This document shows positions 14,886 to 20,464 of a DNA stretch of 20,464 bases, piece by piece. The number at the start of each line of letters is the position of its first letter. Within the stretch, counting starts at the first letter, position 1. The position numbers and the translations under genes were made by a program. Source of the stretch: a virus. Its lineage: Duplodnaviria > Heunggongvirae > Uroviricota > Caudoviricetes. The stretch spans positions 1-20,464 of IMG/VR virus record IMGVR_UViG_2667527839_000003. One strand, written 5' to 3'. The notes below the pieces were generated by a model that was not told the origin of the DNA, did not search any database, and worked only from the letters and a program-made list of their open reading frames with translations.

Positions 14886-16118
14886 TTATCCTTTGCGGTT
14901 AGACCAGAAGTCGGCGTTTTGTTTGTTCAGGGAAGCGATGCTGGTCATGCCCATATTTGGACGTTGTGCATCGCCCGTGGTGCTGCGGGTGTTTCGCCCT
15001 TTGGCAATCTCTGACACGGCGTTAAACGCCATATCTACCGATTGCTTGGGCAATTTGCGGATATCCGCATCACCGACAACCTGGCGAACCAGTGTTTTGT
15101 CAGCGGCAGCCAGCACATCACGTTTGAACGCGGTCGGTTTCACCTTACGGCTCAGATCGATACCCGGGACGATAACCTCGGCACGATAGGCAGAGTCACC
15201 GGTAATCGTGGTTTCCTCTTCGTCGTCCTCGCCGTCGCCGGTCGGATCTTTTTTGTCTTTTTCGTCAGGCTTATTGTCGTTATCGCCCGTCGCAGTTCCT
15301 TCGAGCTTAGCCAGCAGGGCTTTGAGCAAGGTTTTGATATCGTCCTCGCCGTCGCCGGTTGGATCTCCGCCCATTTCCGGCTTTTTGTCCGGCAATGGTT
15401 GCTGCGGTGAAAGGTTAATGTTGAGGTTAACGCCGCTCGGCAGATCCCCTTCGTCACCCGTTACCGCCGCTGGCGCAGAGTCCAGCAGTTCGTTCATGGT
15501 GTCAGCATCACCCGTTTTGATGGCCGTGCGCATGCGGGTCCACCAGCTTTTCTTTTGATTTGCCATTGTGTCTCTGTCTCCAATTGCACAACGATTTCCG
15601 GCTCTGCCTTTAGGGACAAGAGCCACATGGTTTCCGGTAATATCGACCTGCTCGGCTTTACCTGGCTCGGTCTGCTCGTACTCCGCGTCATAGCCGCACG
15701 ACACTTCGCGCAGACCATCTTCGATAAGCTGAATGGCGCTTTCGTCTTTGACGATAAGGTCTGCCAGCATCAAATCAGACTGGTCACCAGTCCCGCGCCG
15801 AACGTTCTGAAGATGCCCGACCGCAAGCTCTTTCCAGTTCTCGGGATTTACCAGCCGCACATTCCCGTTTTCATCTTCAGGATGCAGGATCGTGATGCTC
15901 ATCCCTTCGAATGAGGCGAGCGTGGCCGGATGGAATACCTGCTCAGGAGAACGCGTTACGACTATCTCACCGAGCTTGTCGGGTTTGAGGTTTGGCAGAT
16001 CGGCAGCGCCGTAGAGCTGCTTACCCGTTCGACCTATCGGCACGTCTTTACACAACAGCGAGCCGTCAGCCAGCTGATAGCGGGTTTCCCCCAGCCGGGT
16101 ATTGAAAAAATATTTCAT
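14886..16118 (-). CDS. Prohead scaffold/protease-like protein with acidic repeat-containing C-terminal half
   Basis: 410-aa ORF following the F-like gene (DUF2213-like resemblance). Central region is highly acidic and low-complexity, with DPTGDGEDD present twice. Confidence 0.55.
   Translation of the reverse strand: MKYFFNTRLGETRYQLADGSLLCKDVPIGRTGKQLYGAADLPNLKPDKLGEIVVTRSPEQVFHPATLASFEGMSITILHPEDENGNVRLVNPENWKELAVGHLQNVRRGTGDQSDLMLADLIVKDESAIQLIEDGLREVSCGYDAEYEQTEPGKAEQVDITGNHVALVPKGRAGNRCAIGDRDTMANQKKSWWTRMRTAIKTGDADTMNELLDSAPAAVTGDEGDLPSGVNLNINLSPQQPLPDKKPEMGGDPTGDGEDDIKTLLKALLAKLEGTATGDNDNKPDEKDKKDPTGDGEDDEEETTITGDSAYRAEVIVPGIDLSRKVKPTAFKRDVLAAADKTLVRQVVGDADIRKLPKQSVDMAFNAVSEIAKGRNTRSTTGDAQRPNMGMTSIASLNKQNADFWSNRKG
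15223..15366. repeat. 27-bp direct repeat (26/27 identical) inside the scaffold-like gene
   Basis: tcgtcctcgccgtcgccggtCggatct at 15223-15249 and tcgtcctcgccgtcgccggtTggatct at 15340-15366, both in frame and encoding DPTGDGEDD. Confidence 0.8.
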
Positions 16119-16132
16119 GGTTTACCTGCGAT

Positions 16133-16906
16133 TCAGGCGAGATAAGAATGAGGGTTGGGGAAGACGATTTCTTTGTAACAGCGGCAGTTCGGCAGCTCAC
16201 CAGCGTGACCGGTCATACCGTCAAGCGTTGGAGGTCGGCCCCATTCGACAAACTTACCTTCCATCTCCCGATGAGAATGCCGGACGTCGCCATCTTCGGC
16301 TGTACGCCAGATATAACCATTCGAGCCGATTGACAGCGCACGCGCCTGATCCAATGCACCGGTTGCGCGCCCAAGCTCAGTCCGGGCGATAAGGTTCGCT
16401 CGTGAGCGTGACACGTCACCGGAAGCAGCTATCTCTTTCGCGAATGGCTCAGCGCGGCCACCAGTTACTACAGCCTCGATGGCCTTGTTCTGAATGTCAT
16501 ACACCCGATCGGCGGCCTCAAGAGGCAGAGATTTGATGTACTTAATTTGCTCGGCGACGATGGATTTCATCACCTGGCCTACCGGGGCGCGGTCGACCAT
16601 GTTGCGTAGTTCTGCGCTGATGTTCCGACTGTGCTGACGCCACTGCTTTTCATTCTGGCGCGCAATGTCGGCGGTGAAGCTCTCAGCAACCTTAGTCGCC
16701 CAGGGGGTGATGATTTCGCTGTAGCGCTCCAGCGCATCCATTATTTCGGTGACGCTATCGTTTGAACCATCGTAGCGACCATTTACGATATCCCCGACCG
16801 CCCGCGCTATCTGCCGTAGGCTCGTTCGATATCGGATCTCCGCCTGGCGGCTCTGGCGGTTTGTCGCCAAGTTCGCCGATGCCTGGCGGCGCTTCGTCTT
16901 CGGCAT
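16133..16906 (-). CDS. Head morphogenesis protein, Mu F-like / SPP1 gp7 family (start uncertain)
   Basis: C-terminal region has the family pattern (VRHSHREMEGKFVEW ... GELPNCRCY). The longest ORF overlaps the portal gene by about 150 nt; an in-frame ATG at 16741 would give a roughly 17-nt overlap. Confidence 0.75.
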   Translation of the reverse strand: MPKTKRRQASANLATNRQSRQAEIRYRTSLRQIARAVGDIVNGRYDGSNDSVTEIMDALERYSEIITPWATKVAESFTADIARQNEKQWRQHSRNISAELRNMVDRAPVGQVMKSIVAEQIKYIKSLPLEAADRVYDIQNKAIEAVVTGGRAEPFAKEIAASGDVSRSRANLIARTELGRATGALDQARALSIGSNGYIWRTAEDGDVRHSHREMEGKFVEWGRPPTLDGMTGHAGELPNCRCYKEIVFPNPHSYLA

Positions 16907-18224
16907 TCTCGATATCCTCGTCGGTAATGGATGCCCCGATGCCGGTGACGTCAGAGTTTTCGCGCAGGTCGGTCATCGCCGCCTTACGCGTCATCAATCC
17001 GTCGCCCAGCGCGGTACTGATCGCGTTGGTGGTGTTTACGGCTACCGTTGATCGGTCAACGTCTGACATTTGCCATAGCGGGTTAAACTCAAACGTGAAA
17101 TCGTCCGGCAGCGGCTTTCCGAGTTCCGAGCGGTGCATAATGTCCAGTATCCGGCGCATCGGCAGTCGTAAGCGGCGCTCCTGCAATGAGCTCACCCGGT
17201 CGTAATAGTTGGCGAGGTCTGCATCACCAGTAGAGAAGCCTTTCGGGGATTGACCGAACAGGCGTACCAGCGGGATACCAACGGCACCGCTGATCTGCTC
17301 AGCAAACTGCGAAAGAATGTCATCCAGACCACTAAAGCTGTACTGGTGGGTTTCGAACTTATCCCGCGAGTCCATGAGCGTCATACCTTCATTGCTCTGG
17401 AACTGGCGGATCAGGTCGATGTTCTTCAGCAACGCTTCGAACGCCGGGCCTCCAAGCGCGATAAGCTCGCGCAACTTCTCCACGCTATAGGTACGCAGAT
17501 GCGCTTTATAGACCAGCTGCGCCGCGCCGACAGTAGCGCTATCGAACGCAGTAAGCCGATCCCAGATACGCTCTACAACCGACATTCCCCATTCGTTTTC
17601 GGTCATCTTCTGCTGGAATGGCAGCGTGACGCCATCAAAGCGGATCAGGCGGCTGTGATGGATGCGCCAGGCCGGAATGCCCGTTGCGGTGGTCACCACG
17701 TCGTAAAACTCAGGCTTGCCGAGGTCCGGCCCCATCTCTTTAATGCGGCGTGTCAGCACCGGGTTAATCATCCAGCGGTCGAGCGGGAGAATGCCCTTAA
17801 ACTTGCCCTCGCCAATGGTTTCGAGTCGCAGCGGGGTCATTGGTGCTTGCCCCTCGATCATGATGAAGCCGACCGCGCCGCCGTAGAGGCGCGACCATTT
17901 CAGCACGTCGTTCAGCGCATCCCAGATCTGCAACTCATCCAGTTGCGCTTCGAGGGTGCCACGGTCTTTGGCGTCAATCTCCGAAGTGATGCGAATGCCC
18001 TTTCGGGTCATATCGTCCGGGATAGCGTCGACCGCTTCACCGATAACCCACGAACCGCGATATGACCATTCCACCAGCATGCGGTTGCGGCTGGTGGAGT
18101 TCGCCCGGTAGGTCGATGCTGAATGCTGGTTAGGCGTCTGCATCCCAACGCGGGCGACGAAGTTCTCGTAGCCGTCAGCGGTGGGCTGTGCCGTTCGCTG
18201 AGAGGATTGCTTGTTTCGTGCCAT
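16755..18224 (-). CDS. Portal protein
   Basis: 489-aa ORF immediately downstream of the terminase large subunit (its ATG shares a nucleotide with the terL TGA stop) and upstream of the F-like gene. Acidic C-terminal tail. Size and position are typical of a portal (DUF1073-like resemblance). Confidence 0.75.
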   Translation of the reverse strand: MARNKQSSQRTAQPTADGYENFVARVGMQTPNQHSASTYRANSTSRNRMLVEWSYRGSWVIGEAVDAIPDDMTRKGIRITSEIDAKDRGTLEAQLDELQIWDALNDVLKWSRLYGGAVGFIMIEGQAPMTPLRLETIGEGKFKGILPLDRWMINPVLTRRIKEMGPDLGKPEFYDVVTTATGIPAWRIHHSRLIRFDGVTLPFQQKMTENEWGMSVVERIWDRLTAFDSATVGAAQLVYKAHLRTYSVEKLRELIALGGPAFEALLKNIDLIRQFQSNEGMTLMDSRDKFETHQYSFSGLDDILSQFAEQISGAVGIPLVRLFGQSPKGFSTGDADLANYYDRVSSLQERRLRLPMRRILDIMHRSELGKPLPDDFTFEFNPLWQMSDVDRSTVAVNTTNAISTALGDGLMTRKAAMTDLRENSDVTGIGASITDEDIENAEDEAPPGIGELGDKPPEPPGGDPISNEPTADSAGGRGYRKWSLRWFKR

Positions 18225-19846
18225 CAGGCCTGTCTCCCTAGCAGCTCCCAGATGTTCAGAGCTGAATTCATTGGCGCGTAGCTGATCATCACCGAGTCGG
18301 CGAGGTTCGGCGACTTGGTGCCGTCAGGCTGTTTATCAACAACGATTTTCCCCACGCCGTTAATGGAGTAGGTCGGCTGCGACAGCTCGATGATGAGTTT
18401 GTCTTTGCTCGCCATAGCGCTGCTGATTGAGATGATTTCGTCCGGATTGTAGGCCATGCCCTCAACCACGGCGCGATAGGTGTTCTGGAAAAGCTTGCGT
18501 AGCCACCACCAGCTCTGGGCCTTGGCGTTGGCGAAGAAGTCCTTGTTCAGGCGTGCGGCCTGTCCGTTGTCCCCGCGCACCGCTTCATCGTCCGGATCAA
18601 ATACCGCGCCGCTACCACGAAACGGTGTGGCGAGTATTGACGGTCGGCGCGCAGCGTTACGCAGTTCGTTGATGGCGCGCGCATCGCCGCGAACGCCAGC
18701 ACCCAGGCCGTCCTCGTCGAAGCGAAACTCTTCGAGGTTGTCCTGTTCGCAAAAGCCGAAGACCTTCTCAACGGACTGGTAAATGTCGCTGCCCACGCCG
18801 GACCATTCACGCACGTTCTCCAGAAGGAAGCCGTGACGGGTCGAAAAGGCATTTTTGTCCCGGCCTTCGTCGGCGACGTCCATCGCGCCAAGTCGCTTGC
18901 CCGTTGGCTGAATACCAAGTTTGATATGCGCGTCGACGGCAGCCTGTACCCAGTCGGACGGGATCAGGACGCCTTCCGCAGATGCGCTGTAGTTCAGGTC
19001 AAGTTCCTGCGCCACCACCACCGGATTGTCGATTTTCTCGCACTCCCTGCGATACCACTCTTCATCCTTGCGCGGGTCATCCCGCCAGTGGAACGTGAAT
19101 ACTGGTATTTTTCCGCCGTGGCGCTTCTGCGCGAACGGGTTCGCCATGCCATTAACCGAGCTCAGGTCAATACGGCAGCGAGTGGTTTGCGACAGCGCCG
19201 CATCAATCAGCAGAGGACGCTGAAGGAATGCAGACTCATCAACCAGATAAAGCGTGGTACGGTCACCACGACCAATATTATCGCCAGCCTCACCTTTGAT
19301 AACGGCACCAGTTTCAGGAAACTCAACACGCATATATGGCGCGTGCTTCTTCTCGCTCCACGAACCGCGAAACTCGACGGGCAGCGTTTCCACGAACTTG
19401 CGCGCCTTCCAGAACAATGCTTTCGGGTCACCGGTGCTGTCGACGTATTCCTCTTTACGGGAGCCGAAACCGATAACCATTTCTTTGTTGAAGAGACAAA
19501 GCGAGCAGGCCAGTCCGATCGCGGTCCAACTGAGCCCCATTTCACGGGATTTTTCGGTAATACCATTCTCCCGATTGCCCCAGCGTTCCATAATCCAGTG
19601 GATCCACTCCTCCTGCTTAGGGAAGAGTAAAAACGGAATGGTCACCGGCAGGCCATAATCAATATTACGCGGGTCCGTTGTCATGCCCCAGTCGATGATG
19701 AACTGAGCCGGATTGGTTCGGTAAAACTGTTTTAGTGCAGGCAATATTTCAGGATTCTGGCGAATGCGTTGTAGGCGTTCCATCCGCCATTCAAAAACCA
19801 TCTGGTAATCAGGATGTTTAAAATCGAAGGGGAATGGTAACGGCAT
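18224..19846 (-). CDS. Terminase large subunit
   Basis: 540-aa ORF after the small subunit gene. Walker A-like segment ([14 protein letters not shown]) and Walker B-like segment ([10 protein letters not shown]) in the N-terminal ATPase part, with an acidic nuclease-like C-terminal half. Confidence 0.85.
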   Translation of the reverse strand: MPLPFPFDFKHPDYQMVFEWRMERLQRIRQNPEILPALKQFYRTNPAQFIIDWGMTTDPRNIDYGLPVTIPFLLFPKQEEWIHWIMERWGNRENGITEKSREMGLSWTAIGLACSLCLFNKEMVIGFGSRKEEYVDSTGDPKALFWKARKFVETLPVEFRGSWSEKKHAPYMRVEFPETGAVIKGEAGDNIGRGDRTTLYLVDESAFLQRPLLIDAALSQTTRCRIDLSSVNGMANPFAQKRHGGKIPVFTFHWRDDPRKDEEWYRRECEKIDNPVVVAQELDLNYSASAEGVLIPSDWVQAAVDAHIKLGIQPTGKRLGAMDVADEGRDKNAFSTRHGFLLENVREWSGVGSDIYQSVEKVFGFCEQDNLEEFRFDEDGLGAGVRGDARAINELRNAARRPSILATPFRGSGAVFDPDDEAVRGDNGQAARLNKDFFANAKAQSWWWLRKLFQNTYRAVVEGMAYNPDEIISISSAMASKDKLIIELSQPTYSINGVGKIVVDKQPDGTKSPNLADSVMISYAPMNSALNIWELLGRQA

Positions 19847-19848
19847 AC

Positions 19849-20403
19849 TTAGCCCATCATTTTTTTATACGCTTCTGCAGCCTGCTCCGGCGTTAAGTTG
19901 GTAATTTCTGTTCTGACTGGTCCTCCGTCAGCACCAGTCACTTCATTTTTGACATTGTCTTTAAACGCCTGAACAGAAACATGACGCCCGAGCAACTCAA
20001 GGTTTTTAACCTTATCAGGCCATTTGATTTTCTTCAGGAGAGCAGCACTATCTGCTGATGCCATCTCGACGACATCCATTCCTGATAGCGTTGTACGCCA
20101 CACCTTAGGCCAGTCTTTAATCGGCTTCAGTTCGCCATTGGCAAGCAGAATGTCAAGCACGTCCATCTGATCGATTTCAGTCAGCCGTCGCAATACATAG
20201 GCAGCGTCTATACCTACCTCTTCATTGCGTTCAGCCTTTAGCTCAGCAATGCGATCTGCTATGTCAGGTTTTGACAGGTTCTCGCTACCAGTGGCGCGAG
20301 CAGTTTTCTCGCTGTAACCCGCCCTGATAGCTGCCTGAGTGGCGTTTAAATCTTTCAGGTACTCACGGGCAAACAGCTCTTGTTTGTCTGTGAGCTTTGC
20401 CAT
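19849..20403 (-). CDS. Terminase small subunit
   Basis: 184-aa ORF. N-terminus ([40 protein letters not shown]) matches the helix-turn-helix DNA-binding region typical of terminase small subunits. GGAG RBS 6 nt before the ATG. Directly upstream of terL. Confidence 0.8.
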   Translation of the reverse strand: MAKLTDKQELFAREYLKDLNATQAAIRAGYSEKTARATGSENLSKPDIADRIAELKAERNEEVGIDAAYVLRRLTEIDQMDVLDILLANGELKPIKDWPKVWRTTLSGMDVVEMASADSAALLKKIKWPDKVKNLELLGRHVSVQAFKDNVKNEVTGADGGPVRTEITNLTPEQAAEAYKKMMG

Positions 20404-20428
20404 TATTGGCTCCGTTTATCCGTTAAAA

Positions 20429-20450
20429 GGGATATCAGTTAAGTTATCCC
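20429..20450 (-). promoter_or_regulatory. Inverted repeat upstream of the terminase small subunit gene (weak terminator-like or regulatory hairpin)
   Basis: GGGATA (20429-20434) and TATCCC (20445-20450) with a 10-nt spacer. On the minus strand it is followed by TTTT and then the terS RBS. Stem is short and A/T-containing. Confidence 0.3.
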
Positions 20451-20464
20451 GTGTAGGGTATAAG

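Noticed and set aside
17250-18065. 271-aa plus-strand ORF, and similar long plus-strand ORFs at 18833-19630, 8044-8667, 9782-10240 and 221-637
   Set aside because: All lie entirely antisense to well-supported minus-strand structural genes (portal, terminase, tape measure, sheath, tail fiber) in GC-rich DNA where long shadow ORFs are expected. They have no independent RBS context and their translations are low-complexity, Arg/Ser/Pro-rich.
20429-20450. Hairpin upstream of terS as a confident intrinsic terminator
   Set aside because: The stem is only 6 bp with four A/T pairs and a 10-nt loop, followed by only four U residues. Kept as a low-confidence regulatory feature rather than called a terminator.

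Overview
The window is a single co-directional (all genes on the minus strand) late/structural module of a contractile-tailed phage or prophage in a roughly 55% GC, probably enterobacterial, background. Reading in the direction of transcription (20464 down to 1): terminase small and large subunits, portal, Mu F-like head morphogenesis protein, acidic scaffold/protease-like protein, small head protein, major capsid protein, coiled-coil protein, four head-tail joining/neck proteins, tail sheath, tail tube, tail assembly chaperone with an apparent -1 frameshift extension, tape measure protein carrying a C-terminal lytic transglycosylase domain, three baseplate/hub-region proteins, an inserted pair of small exported proteins followed by an intrinsic terminator, then baseplate spike, wedge, J-like and gp48/gpI-like proteins, and the 5' part of a tail fiber gene that runs off the window. 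No rRNA, tRNA, CRISPR array, integrase or lysis genes were seen. The most interesting element is the two-gene insert at 3585-4341: both products have Sec signal peptides and anomalous base composition, so they are cargo (morons) rather than virion parts, and I do not recognise their family. Functional names rest on my recognition of sequence motifs plus gene order and size; no database search was run, and the plus-strand ORFs in the track are treated as antisense shadows.
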